This document shows positions 14,035 to 26,383 of a stretch of 64,000 nt of DNA, one piece after another. The position numbers and the translations under genes are program-made. Positions within the stretch are counted from its first letter, which is position 1, and every line of letters begins with the position of its first letter. The notes beneath the pieces are model-generated. The model searched no databases, was not told where the DNA came from, and saw nothing but the letters and a program-made list of their open reading frames with translations. The DNA comes from Azolla caroliniana (lineage: Eukaryota; Plantae; Polypodiophyta), in contig JBHGNT010000122.1 of assembly GCA_043228905.1 (NCBI GenBank), forward strand, positions 10,754-74,753. The letters run 5' to 3'.

Positions 14035-15512
14035 TCTTTTCTTAGAGCAAAAGAATCTCTTTATTTATTTGAAATTGAGCAACGATCAAGGACCTGATTT
14101 ATCTTCCTTGTTTGAGCATAAAAAATAACAGTAACCCTAATCCTAACCCTATTTCTGCTTCAGCATCAGTTCCTTTATTGTTATAAAAAAACCAACCCTT
14201 TTCCTTTCTTGTTATTAAAATACTAGCTCTAATTCTTCTTCAGGATCAATTCCTGAGATCAATTCAAAAAACCAAATCCGAACTCTAACCAAGCTCTGCC
14301 TCGGTAACAATTGCCTAAAATCCACCCAAAATCCTAACCCTCAGTCTGCTTCAGCATGAGTCCTGCGATCGATCCGAAACCCTAACCCTACTTCTACCTC
14401 AGAATCTATTCCTATGATCGAGCTTTAATTCCTTTGCGGATCTGATTGTTTTTTTCTGCTTCAGCAACACTAGTCCAGAACCTCTTACCCTATTTCTGCT
14501 TCTGTTTCTGCGTCTACGTAAAAAATTAGAGTCTTAATTTCGCTCCATGAGATCCAAACCGATCACTAAACTTAATCCTGCTCCTTCATTTATTTCTGAG
14601 ATCGATCCCCCCCAAAACAAAGGAAAAGAAGAAGAAGAAAAAACTAAAACTAACCCTAATTCTGCAGCGGCATCAATCGCCTGAGATCCGGCTATGGTGC
14701 CAGATCTCGTATTAAAGTCTGTCGAGAAGCAGGGGACTTGGGGGGAGGGACTGGCTTTGGAGCTTATGTGTTCCATTTGTCCGGTTTCACACTGGCCAGG
14801 ACAAATTCATCCCGCCTAGGGAGGGCTTCTCCCGACAAAACAAAAATTTACTCTCACGATTCGACCCGACAAACGGTCGTGGGTATTCATCCGAGAATGA
14901 TGACGATTTCCGGATGTACAGTGAGAGCCGAGTGAGGTTTTCGTCTTTGCTCCCTCGCAGAGCTTTTTCTTCCCCGTGAAGAAAAACCCAAAGGATTATG
15001 AAATTTTGCATGCCATAGTTGTTGTTTTTACCCTGATTGTAGTTTAGTGTTTGGGATTTCTGAGAAAAGGAACCATATGGTTCTATGTTTAACACACGGA
15101 TAATAATAACTGGCTATGTTGGAGAGGTTCATGTTTCTGGTCAAGTTCACATGACCATGATTGAAGTTTTTTGAACTACAAACTAGCAAGTGGATTCCCA
15201 TCAAACTTGCGGACTAGTCACGAAGAAGCCAACATTAATCCTACCGCTTGATGTGAAAAAAGTTTCATCCCACGAGGAAACTATCGAGGCATCATGAAGT
15301 GAATGTAATGTACCCCATCTTCCAAGCCATCTCTTCAACATTTGAACTTTTTTACTTGCTTCACTTGCAATTCTATGGGGTCAATGTGGGGGTTAAATTC
15401 TAATCCCAATCATGTACTCGACATCCCTCTATCTTCGTGATCTCAATGGTAAATTATGTGGCTTGCATGAGTACAACCATGCATATATTATGTTTGTATC
15501 TTGCTGAGAGAG

Positions 15513-15561
<49 letters not shown>

Positions 15562-17052
15562 TTTGTTTATGTATGTATAGATTATTGTCCATTCTTCCAA
15601 TCATAAACACTCTCATATGAACTTTGATTTGGAAAAAAACTATAGACAAATTTGAAGTTTGTAATGACAACAAAGACATACGTAAATGTGTAGATTATTG
15701 TCAATTGTTCCATCTTCCGATCATAAACGCTCTCATATGAATTTTGATTTGGAAAAAAAAAGTTAGAATTGAAGTTTGCAATGGCAACACATACATACTT
15801 AAAAACTAACTTTACAAGTTGTTGTGATAATTGACATGAGTTCATTGTCTTCATACAATATACAACTATCAATATAGTTCGTTGTTTCTTTGTGGTATCC
15901 ACTTTTCAAACTATTGTGATAGTCATGACAAGTTCTTCATCTCCATTGGTGTCATGGTCGATAAGAGAGTTTTGAAGAAAATGTAGATGTATCATGTTAA
16001 AGGAACGAGTAACAAACTAAGTTGATAATGCCCAGTGAGTTGAAGGGGAACACTCAAAATAAATTAGAAACTTTTATGAAGAGTGATGCTTCTAATATTG
16101 AAAAGTGACTAGTAATTGAATATAGAGCTAAAAATAAGAAAGTCAAAGTTATAAAGTTGTTGAGAAGTGTTTTTACCCTAATTTTTATGTAAGTGGTGGT
16201 GCAAGTGTCCTAATTTTTATGTAGCAATATTCGAGAGAATCATTTCATAAAATGAAACAGGCACAAAGAGTTCGATCTTGACCACCAAGTGATCACCTGC
16301 AATAATAGGAAAATCACCTTCGTGGGGGTGCTTGTCACCTTGACATTGACATTGACCGCAAACTTGACAACAACAAAACCTAATGAAAGGTCAAAAAATA
16401 TATTTAAAGTTTATTGTCGACTTCTTTCGATTAAAATTACGATTCTACAAGTGAAGCCAATTATACAAAGATTAATGTGTGAGACCTAAAGGACCATATG
16501 CACGAATTGTAACATAAAGCAACTACGAGTTGGTTGCAAAGTAATGGAGCATACTTCATGAAACTTCATGAACCATGCCTTGAAGGACGTTTTAGCTATA
16601 AAAACTTTATGCTATGATGGATGTGAGGAAAATAAATATTGTAGACTTGGAGTACAATTGAGGTATTGTATGTTTATTTACATGAAGAATATTGTTGTTC
16701 TTGGTTCATTTTATGGTGGGGCAAAATAGTGTGGACAAAGAATGCAAATGCTAGGTTGAATGATTTAATTAAAAGATTGTCAAAGCAAACAAACAAAAGG
16801 ATAAATTTGTCAAACCTTCTTGCCTTTTTCAATAACAAGTCATGTTGTCCTACACACACAATCAATGAAGTTCCAAAACATTTTGATGCAAGAGTGCTCA
16901 ATCTTGGTTGAGGTGGAACCGAAGTTTTCATCCACATGTTTTGTTATATGACAAATCATAGAGTAGTCAAGCAAATTAATAATAGCCCCAAATGTAAGAG
17001 CATGATCAATATTGACAAATTACAATACATGATATAGAAATCTTGTAAATAA

Positions 17053-17613
17053 TGTGAGGATCGTGACCAGCCACAACCGGTTACTCGTACATATATTTGG
17101 GTGCAAAGAATCGACAATGACAATGCACAGACAGAGAACAAAAAATACTAGAAAAAGAGAACACAGAGACACCAGATGTTTAACGTGGAAAACCCGAAAG
17201 GGAAAAACCACGTGGAGTTCACAAACTCCAAAACAGAATCACTATGAGGGAGGAGTACAACGAGAAGCTCGAGGCAACAACCTCAAGCTCTCCTTCATCT
17301 GAAAGACGACTGTAGAGTTGCTCACTCGTTAACTCACACACACACTCCCTCTCTCTTACTCTCAGTTGCTGAGACAACTACATTGTAACTATACAAGAAT
17401 AATGATTCACTGTAACTACCAAAAAAGTTGCCCTAGTTGTATTTATACATATACAACTTTCTGGCTATTTACATACATAGCCCACAAGGGGCACATTTAG
17501 ACTATTTACATATATAGTCTCCCGTTTTTTATTTCGACCAAGGTCGAAATACTTATTGACTCCATCCAATTTGGTTCATTCTCTTCCCATCCAGAGGGAC
17601 ATGTTTCCCAACA
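17053..17613 (-). mobile_element. Solo LTR (Copia-like), 561 bp
   Basis: TG...CA termini with a 5-bp TSD AATAA on both sides (17048-17052, 17614-17618). Contains ACGTGGAAAACCC, whose reverse complement resembles GGGTTTCCACGT in the neighbouring LTR at ~18830. Confidence 0.85.
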
Positions 17614-18517
17614 AATAAGACCATTACAAAATGATTTTCAAACATAAGAGACAATGTTGGTATGGTGCCAATTGAATTGTGGCTCTTTTGACAGTCAAAG
17701 CTTCAAATGTGGTAACTTTGGCCCCTTTTGTGGCAAAATGCCAATGCAGACTAGTAGTTGAGGTCCTTAATACTCCTCCAAATGATATTACATTGCCAAA
17801 TAATGTAGTTCAAAAAAGACTACATTAGAAAAATAACTATGAATTAATATTATGGCAAGGTGAAACATGTATTGGTTAAAAGGAGAAAAATGTAATCAAG
17901 GAATGAATACCTACCTTTGAGCCTCGAGGGAAACCTACTCATTTGCCAAACCTTCAAAATAGTTTCAACATGAGGATATCACGTGTTGCACTGAGGTAAG
18001 TGGAGGATTTTATATTGTCATGCTCCTTGTAGTGAGGGATACGTTGGAACTCGTGGTGATCTCAAAATAGGCATTTAGAAATTATTGATGTTCAAATTCA
18101 TCAAGTATGATGCATGAAGTTGAGTAATGGAACACGTTCTAGTTATTGTTAGGTATTGTGTCCCTCTTGATGGGAGAAGTCGATGACCAAATTCTGGTCG
18201 GTCGGTTGATTTGGGGGTCGACTAGTCGGATTGACCAGATGGTTGACCTATATATATGTATGTATGTATGTTTGTATATGTTTATTGGTCAACCGACTGG
18301 TTGGTTTGACCATCTGACCCATAGGTCAACCATTTGAAACCAGATCTGAAAGTGAGCACGCAAGCAATATAGAGTTGAGATAGTGTGAACTGTGTGAGAG
18401 ACAACATGTAGAGACATAGTGAAGGAAGTGTCGAGATAGCGTGAGTGAAGAAGACGAAGTGAAGATAGAGTAGTAGCGAGAATGTTGAGTGTTTAACAGA
18501 AATTGTGTGAGCAAGAC

Positions 18518-18573
<56 letters not shown>

Positions 18574-21381
18574 GGCAGACATTGTTTTGTGGAACTTGCC
18601 CAAACAATAGAAGTGATATTAGACAACAATTTGTGGTACCATATACCTGCGCAGGCTCTGTCGTCCTATGCACCATTGTTCTATTGTTAGCTTTGTCTCC
18701 TCTCTAGTGTTTGATATAATATTTCTTTGAGTTTTTCCCTTAGCAAGCTAGGGAGTCTTGTAATCTTGAGTTCTATATTGTTGACTAATAGTGGAAATTT
18801 TACTGCTTCGTGGTTTTCCTTGGTTTTAGGGTTTCCACGTAAATCGTGTGTATCTGATTTGTGTCTTAGATTAATTTTATGATTATGTTTAATTGTAAAC
18901 ATAACAAATTCGTATCACAACATTAGGTTCTAGATGGAAGGAAGTGTGACTGGTTTTCCAGGAATGATACTCCTAAACTCTCACAACTATTCTGACTCGA
19001 CGATCAAGATGGAGGATCTTCTGATAGTTAGGGATTTATATGAGCCCATAGATAGGAAGGATATACCAACGGAGGTAAATAGAATATGAGTGGAAAACCC
19101 TAAATAGAATGGTTGTGGAAACCATCAAACAATGTGTAGACGTGAACATCCTTCAACATGTAGCAAACAATACAAATGCCCACGACTTGTGGCATAAGCT
19201 CTCTAACTTGTATGAAAGGAAAAAGGCTCTTAATAAAGCTTCCTTGATGAGAAAGTTGGTGAGGCTAAAGTACACAAATGGTGATAGCGTTGTGGTGCAC
19301 ATCAGTACTTTCATGAGGTTAGTAAACCAGTTAGCATAATTGAAGTTCCCATTAGATGATGCGATGCAAGCCTTGTTACTATTGTGTACCCTACTGGACA
19401 GTTGGGAGAACCTAGTAGTGTCACTTAGTGCTTCTTGCCAAGAAGAGAACTTGTCTTTACAAGTAGTAAAGACAAGCATTTTGAACGAAGAGACAAGAAG
19501 AAAAGGTCAGAGTGTCTTGTCTCAATCGGAAGCAAATGTGGCAAAAAACATTGGTAGAGGAAGAAGTAAACATAGGAGGAGTCTACAAAATCGAGACAAG
19601 TCTCATGCCAGGTCAAAGTCTAGAGGAAGACTCACATGTTGCTATTGTGGGAAAACTGGTCATTTCCAAAAGAATTGTCGACGCCTTAAGAAGGACAAAG
19701 GCATTGTTGATGATGTTGAACCCAAAAAAAATTATGATGAGAAAAACACCTCAGCCATCACAGCCAGTGAGGAGGAACTACTATTCATTTCCAAACAAGC
19801 TAGGGTCAATCTTGTAAATGATGAGTGCTCTTGGGTAGTTGATTCTGGCGCATCGTTTCACCTAACTGTGACAAGAGAATGTTTCTCATCTTACTCATTT
19901 GGTGACTATGGCTATGTAAAGATGGGAAATGATGGAGCATGCGAGATAGTTGGTATTGGAAGTGTGTGCTTGCTAACATCAATTGGTTGTAGCCTTGTAG
20001 GTTAATATTGAAGGATGTGCGACATGTGTCGGATGTCACACTGAACCTAATATCAACCAGAAGACTTGACAACGAAGGCTATAGTGGTAGTTTTTAGAAT
20101 GGTATTTGGAAGGTTTTCAAGAGAATTTTGATAGTGGCCCGAGCACAAAAATTGGGTACATTATATGTAATGCATGCAAAGTTGTGTAGATATGAGGCCA
20201 ATGTGGTAGCTGACTCAGATGGTGAGTTATGGCATAAAAAGCTTGGCCACAACAGGGTTGCTTTTCACTCTAGGCTACTGAAAAGAAGAGAATGTGCACT
20301 AGAGTTGGTCCACACAGATGTATGCTTCATAGATGCTCAATCACATAGGGGTGGACAATATTTTGTGACATTTATTGATGACTATAGCAGAAAGTTGTGG
20401 GCTTTCGTGCTGAAGTCTAAAGACCATGTGTTGTTAGTCTTTAAAGCGTTTCATGCAAGGGCTGAAAGAGAATCTGGACAGAAGTTGAAAGATGTCCAAA
20501 CAGATAACGATGGTGAGTCTAAAGGACAATTTTAGTTGTACCATAAGACTCACGACATAAAACTTGAGTATACATTGTCGAAGACTCGCGAGTTGAATGG
20601 TCTCGTAGAGAGGATGAATCAAACTATAATGGAAAGGGTAAGAAGCATGTTGTCACATGAAAAACTTCTAAGATCGTATTGGGCTGAGGCTATGTTGACA
20701 AACGGTTTATCTTATAAACAGGTGGACAGGTAGAATGTGTCTTACCAGCACTTGAGGGTTTTTAGATGCTTGGTGTATATGCATGTTACAAAGGACCAGA
20801 GTTCAAAGATGGACAACAAGTCTAAATTGTGCATATTTCTGGGGCTGACATACAACAACCAATCGATGAGGTTGAGTTTGAGTCGGTCGTCTCACATCAA
20901 CATGCTGATGCACATTAATCTGAACTGGATGAAGAATCAACAAACACAATTGGACATGATCCGGTTGTTGGAGGAAGAAGATACTCACTTAGACAAAGGA
21001 AAACATCCTCTCGGTACCCAACTAGCCAATATGTCATATTGACCGATGAGTATAAACTCGAATGCTATGAAGAAACTATGGCAGATGAATACAAGGAGAA
21101 GTGGTATAGTGCCATGCAAGATGAGATGGACTCCTTGCACGAAAATTACACCTACGATCTAGTGGAGCTACCGAATGGAAAGCAAGCTCTAAGAAACAAG
21201 TGGCTTTTCAAACTGAAGATTGGAGAAGATGGCAACTCACCTAGATATAAGGCATGAATTGTGGTGAAGGGATTTCAACATAAAAAAGGTGTTGATTTTG
21301 ATGAAATATTTGCACCAGTCGTAAAAATGACATCCATCCGGACTATATTGAGTATAATTGCCAGCTGCTAGTATGAATCTG

Positions 21382-21623
21382 GAAATAGAACAGTTGGATG
21401 TAAAAACAACATTCTTGCATGGGGATTTAGAAGAAGAAATTTATATGAAGAAACCAAAGGGTTTTGTGATGAAAGGAAAAGAGAAACTGGTATGTAGACT
21501 AAGAAATAGAACAATTGGATGTAAAAACAACATTCTTGCATGGGGATTTAGAAGAAGAAATTTATATGAAGAAACCAAAGGGTTTTGTGATGAAAGGAAA
21601 AGAGAAACTGGTATGTAGACTAA
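21382..21623 (+). repeat. 121 bp tandem duplication inside the old Copia RT (frameshifting)
   Basis: GAAATAGAACA(G/A)TTGGATGTAAAAAC...GTAGACTAA begins at 21382 and again at 21503. Confidence 0.9.
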
Positions 21624-21910
21624 GAAAGAGCTTGTATGGTCTGAAACAAGCTCCACCTTCATGTTGGAACATGGATTCCATAAAACACAAGCTAATCATT
21701 GTGTTTTTGTCAAGAGGTATGGTGAAGGTGATTTTCTGATTCTCTTACTTTATGTATATGACATGTTGGTTGTCAAACAAGATGCTAAAAAGATTACGAG
21801 CCTAAAGAAAGCTCCAAGTAAATCGTTTTCTATGAAGGATTTAGGTCCAGCTAAACAAATATTGGGGATGCACATAGTTCAGGACAGGACTAAAAATATG
21901 ATATGGTTGT

Positions 21911-22093
21911 TGTCGAATACAAGTGTATAATGGACGTATTCACACTATCCTTTTGTATAGCTCAAGTTTGGGCCATTTGTGTAATTAGCATAAAGGGTAG
22001 TTGCCCTAAGTTTGTCACTATATAAAGTGACCTTGTAACCTTTTTGTAAGGTTGGTTGTATTATTGTTTCTATTGAATAGAAAGTCTTTTGTG

Positions 22094-22136
<43 letters not shown>

Positions 22137-22223
22137 ACGATCTTGGAAACTGCCATATGCAGGTACTCAACTCGAATCGAATGCTATTTGATCTTCCGCA
22201 TCGACACGGCCTTGTCTTCAACA
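21911..22223 (+). repeat. 5' LTR of the young Copia
   Basis: TG..CA termini, TATATAA at ~22019, internal (CT)19. Confidence 0.97.
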
Positions 22224-22225
22224 TT

Positions 22226-22237
22226 TGGTATCAGAGC
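22226..22237 (+). promoter_or_regulatory. Primer binding site for initiator Met tRNA
   Basis: TGGTATCAGAGC 2 nt after the LTR, the canonical plant tRNAi-Met PBS. Confidence 0.95.
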
Positions 22238-22409
22238 CTGCACAGTATTCGGTTCCTCAACCCGCTGTCGGCCGTCGTCTCAGCCTGCACAGCATTCGGT
22301 TTCCTGCGTCATTCGAAGAAGAGAGAAGAAGAAGAAAAACGAGGCTTGCATCTCATCGCGTTAGATCATCTTCGCTTGGAGTAAGCCAGCCGGTTGTACT
22401 CTGTTTCTT

Positions 22410-23339
22410 GTGATCGTAACCGCTCGAGGTGAAATCCCCTTGTGCAAGTTCCCCACCACGGTTGAGCAAAGACTCCAAGACATTGTATCAATGCTCTTGG
22501 ATATCCCATTGCACAACCTTGTCACATCACACCAATGGGAGGAAAAACTCCAACATTGGAAAAATGAAACTTTTGCTAAATTTAATAGCCACCTAGAGCA
22601 AGCCACCTTAGAATTTAGCATACAGATTTCCTTAGAAGCTAAAACTAAAGTGGCTAATAAATCAGCCCAGGACGCCATCGTCTCGAAATCCATGACGATG
22701 GGCAAAGAAAAAACAATAAATACTCTAATAGATGATGGGCTAAAAAAGATCAAGAATCAAGTAGACAATTACCTTAAACCGTTCCTAGAGAAAATTAATA
22801 AGGAAAACCCCAACACACATCCAAAAAACACGGCTATGCCCCCGACAAAAAACGGGGGCACAAGGACACACAAATTATCAAATTCATCCCCCACTGCCCC
22901 CACCTCCTTCTTAAGGACCCAGTCCTTTATCCCAAGTTATGGACAAAGCTATGCTTATCCCGTACCACCCACACATCCCATACCCCCCACGTACCCTATA
23001 TTTGTCCCGATGAATGTACCACCACCTACCTCCCTACCCCCACCCATGAAACAATCAATGTCTCACTTCGAGACCTTCAAACCCACCACACGGTCCTATC
23101 CTCGACCCTCAGTTCCTCGACCCCCAGTCCTTCAACCCCCAGTCCCTCGACCCCCAATTTCACGACCCACGCCTTACCCCCGGCCCACAGTCAAACGACC
23201 TACTCCTCATCCCCGGCCCCCAGTCCCGCAAGGCGCACCCAACACACGCACCACGGGACCGAAACTAAATCCTCTACCAAGAAAATACGTAGGGGTAGAC
23301 TTAGAAAATTACATTGGCTCCCGCTTCTTCAACCGTTAA
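22410..23339 (+). CDS. PLE ORF1: predicted helical/coiled-coil N-half and proline-rich C-half
   Basis: 309-codon open frame. The first 12-13 codons lie in the Copia leader and the first ATG is at 22491. A K/E/L-rich amphipathic segment is followed by PxPRP repeats. Confidence 0.65.
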   Translation: MIVTARGEIPLCKFPTTVEQRLQDIVSMLLDIPLHNLVTSHQWEEKLQHWKNETFAKFNSHLEQATLEFSIQISLEAKTKVANKSAQDAIVSKSMTMGKEKTINTLIDDGLKKIKNQVDNYLKPFLEKINKENPNTHPKNTAMPPTKNGGTRTHKLSNSSPTAPTSFLRTQSFIPSYGQSYAYPVPPTHPIPPTYPIFVPMNVPPPTSLPPPMKQSMSHFETFKPTTRSYPRPSVPRPPVLQPPVPRPPISRPTPYPRPTVKRPTPHPRPPVPQGAPNTRTTGPKLNPLPRKYVGVDLENYIGSRFFNR

Positions 23340-25141
23340 CCTACCTCCACATTTTACTGGGAAGGCAAACACCCTCCCAGCTCGAGAATAGGATCACTAA
23401 TCACTCATTGCACAACCTTTCCTCTTTCCACCTTCCTCCACCCCAACTCAAACTTCTAAGCTTAGGTCTAGACTTTATTCCCCCACCCCAACCTATTAGA
23501 AAACAACAATTGATAGATGCCGTTGTATCCTTGGATAGAACTTACCGCCTCAAATATTTCTTTAGAAACTCTACTAACATTATCTCTCCATTTAGAATAC
23601 CGAACCCCAGTTGGAATCTCCCAGCCGTGCCAGAAATCACACAAACCATCACATCTATCACCTCTGCCCTCCCCTCCCCACCCACCATCCAACCTCGCCC
23701 TCATAGGAACTTTAGAACTGCACTACACAATCTCAAAAAAAATCAAGACATAGTTATTAAACCCGCGGATAAAAATCTAGGCACGTGCATTCTCTCTAAG
23801 GATTGGTACCTTAACGAATGCCTTAGACAGCTCAACGACAAAAACACTTACACCCCCGTCAAAGACGTCCCCCTAGAAACTCTCCACAGTCGACTTGAAC
23901 ACCTATGTCTGAAAGCTTCCCCCCACCTCTCCAATGAGGAAATTAGATTCCTCCTTCAGAAACCCAAACATGGTTTCAGGATATGTCGTTTCTACATCAT
24001 CCCCAAAATCCACAAGCCCATTGTTGTAGGACGCCCTATTTGCGCCTACAACAATTATGTTTTCGAAAGAGCCTCTAAATGGCTACACCATCTACTACAT
24101 CCTGTCTTATTGTCTAAAAAACAACACCTCAAAGACTCCTTAACACTTGTTAAGGACCTAGCACACCACACCTTCCCCAAAACTTGCACGTTGTTTTCTT
24201 TTGACGTAGTGTCACTATATCCCAGTATACCTACCACGGAAGGTCTATTGGTTTTTAAAAAATCTATTTCACATCATTTCCCACCACACAAAACCAAAAT
24301 CATTATGAGTGTTGCCGAACTAATACTTAGAAACAATTTTCTCTCCTTTAATAATGCTTTTTGGTTACAAATTAAAGGCACCGCGATGGGTAGTAATTTT
24401 GCGGTTGTTTACGCTTGCTTGTTTCTTTCGCAGCTAGAGGACGACAACCTAGCTTTCCAAACACCGCAACTACTCTACTACAAACGCTACATTGATGATG
24501 CCATAGGAGTTTGGGAAGGTTCCCCCGATACACTTCACACCTTCTTACACCAATACGGCGTGCCTCTACAACAACACATCCGTATTGAATCAACAACCTC
24601 CCCTAAAGAGATCACCATCTTGGACGTCGTCTTCTTCAAAGGCCCATACTTTAAAGAATTCGGCATCCTCGACACCACATGCCACCAAAAACCTCTCAAT
24701 GCCTACATGTACCTCCCGTGGAAATCCTCGCACCCCATAGCACACAAAAAGGGCTTCATCACGGGCGAACTAAAACGGTATGCTATTCGGGAGAGCTCGG
24801 AAAATGGCTACATGGAACTACGCAAAAAGTTCTACGACCGCCTAAGAGCTAGGGGCTACCCATCGAAGTTCCTACTCAAGTGTTTTTCGACCGTCCCCTA
24901 CTCCATACGAAACCAACTACTCTCTAACCAACCCAACAACAAAAAACCTCCACCCATTGTTTTAAAGCTTCGATACTCCCCTTGTATCAAAAAACTCCAA
25001 ATCGGAGCGCTCGTGAGAAACAAACTTAAACCCCTTCTAGGACAACCACAATACAGTTCCCTTACACCCCCTCTCACGTGTTGGCTAAATGGTAAAAAAC
25101 TAAGAAACCACCTAGTACACGCATCCTTTCCCCCCACCTAA
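22778..25141 (+). CDS. Penelope-like reverse transcriptase without GIY-YIG endonuclease (open frame 22778-25141; track start is TTG 23408)
   Basis: PLE-type motifs LSLGLDFIP, IVIKPADKNLG, FYIIPKIHKP..GRPI, FDVVSLYPSIP, QIKGTAMGS, YKRYIDD, HQKP...YLPWKSSHP...GE, RLRARGYP. The protein stops after KKLRNHLV with no nuclease domain. Confidence 0.92.
22823..22860 (+). promoter_or_regulatory. Programmed -1 ribosomal frameshift signal
   Basis: A_AAA_AAC in the ORF1 frame (22823-22829), a 7-nt spacer, then the perfect stem TGCCCCCG/CGGGGGCA (22837-22844/22853-22860). The -1 frame is open from 22778 into the RT. Confidence 0.8.
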
Positions 25142-25259
25142 TGTTTTATGTACTCTCACCCCTCTTAACCCCCACCTAAAGTCTTGTGTACACTCTTTTA
25201 CCTTCCCTTTGTACACACTTTTGTATGTCCCACATACAAAGGACTCTCCTCCCTCTCCC

Positions 25260-25266
25260 TATAAAA
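25260..25266 (+). promoter_or_regulatory. Putative TATA box of the PLE pseudo-LTR
   Basis: TATAAAA about 40 nt upstream of the hammerhead motif. Confidence 0.45.
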
Positions 25267-25303
25267 AGAGCAACCTAGTAGGCTTAGTTTTCATCATTTG
25301 TAC

Positions 25304-25349
25304 ATCGGGCACTGAAGAGCCTCCATCGAGGCGAAATGCATTTGCCGAT
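25304..25349 (+). ncRNA. Minimal type I hammerhead ribozyme
   Basis: Stem I ATCGGGCA/TGCCGAT (one bulged G), core CTGAAGA, stem II GCCTC-CATC-GAGGC, then GAAA and a palindromic stem III (A)TGCA(T). AUU cleavage triplet, predicted cut after 25342. Confidence 0.88.
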
Positions 25350-25412
25350 CGTTGCCTTATGATAGTAAAACTTTCTTTCCTTCTATGTGTTGCTCTTATC
25401 TAATTTTTTGTC

Positions 25413-25605
25413 TTAAGTTCTTAAGTACTTATTTAATAAATTTTTATTAAGTACTTGTTTAATCACTTTTTTATCAAATTTTTTTTTTGTCTTAAGTTTT
25501 TAAGCATTTATTTAATCATTTTCTATTAAGTACTTGTTTAATAAACATTTTTATTACGTACTTGTTTAACCCCTTTTTTTTAAGTACTTGTTCAATCATT
25601 TTTAG
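25413..25605 (+). repeat. Degenerate ~27-30 bp AT-rich tandem repeat
   Basis: About 6-7 copies of TTAAGTACTTGTTTAAT(C)ATTTTT; looser copies extend to ~25940. Confidence 0.7.
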
Positions 25606-26383
25606 GTTTAACTTTTTGTTTAAACATTTGTTTAAGTACTCTCCTCTCTTAATCATAATCATTCTCTTCTCAACCATGACCCCTTTTCTTTAACCATAAT
25701 CCCTCCCTTCTCTTTTAATCCTAACCTTGCGTTAAGTGTCTGCCCAAGTGTTTTCTTATCTAAATATTTGTTTAAACATTCGTTTAAGTACTTTGTTTAG
25801 CAACCCCTTCCCCCTTAATCATAATCCCTTCTTAACCATAATCATTTTTTAATCTCAATCTCTCTTTTCTATTTTTATTTTTATTCTTATTTTTTATAAT
25901 AATCTTTCTTTTAAGTGTTTGCTTAAGCGTGTGTTTAAACAACTCTCGTTCATCTAAGCGTGTGGTTCCGTTTTAATAATACTCTATATTGGTGTTTTAA
26001 TAGTACGTTATTGTTGTCTAATAACTTAAGTTATCCCAATGATCTTTAATATATTCTAAAAACTTTGATTAGGTTTAAATACTTTTGATAATTTCAACAA
26101 GCTACACTCCCCTAACCCCCACCCACGCCCTCACTTTTCTATTCTTCTAAAACTATATCACTACTTATGTTTAGACATACAAATAAGATCTAAACTTGAG
26201 TCCACCCCAAACAACCCTCGATGAAGTGCCGCACACTTTAAGCAATCTTATAAAATCGCCAAAGACTCAACAGACGACGCTTATGTAGTACAAGGTTCGA
26301 CAGACCGATCGAACATACGAGGAAGAGATTCCTCACGGCAGCCGAACAATCAGCGAAGACGGAGCCAGTCACGGGATAATCGA

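Larger units (their letters stand above)
22448..26255 (+). mobile_element. Endonuclease-deficient Penelope-like retroelement segment (probably 5'-truncated)
   Basis: Absent from the sister Copia copy at 61623+. C/A-rich, G-poor strand. Contains ORF1, a PLE RT, a TATA box and a hammerhead motif. Confidence 0.88.

Noticed and set aside
14130-14670. Multiple AACCCTAA motifs in the SYP4 leader as interstitial telomere
   Set aside because: Dispersed telo-box-like motifs are common in plant 5' regions and these are not tandem.
25141-25420. A frameshifted GIY-YIG endonuclease downstream of the PLE RT
   Set aside because: No GIY/YIG or CxxC motifs were seen in the forward frames, and the region quickly becomes non-coding and AT-rich.
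25160-26125. Telomere-like motifs (CTTAACCCCCACCTAAA, CCCTAACCCC) as the annealing tract of an EN-negative PLE
   Set aside because: Only isolated, imperfect single units; no tandem CCCTAAA or CCCTAA array.
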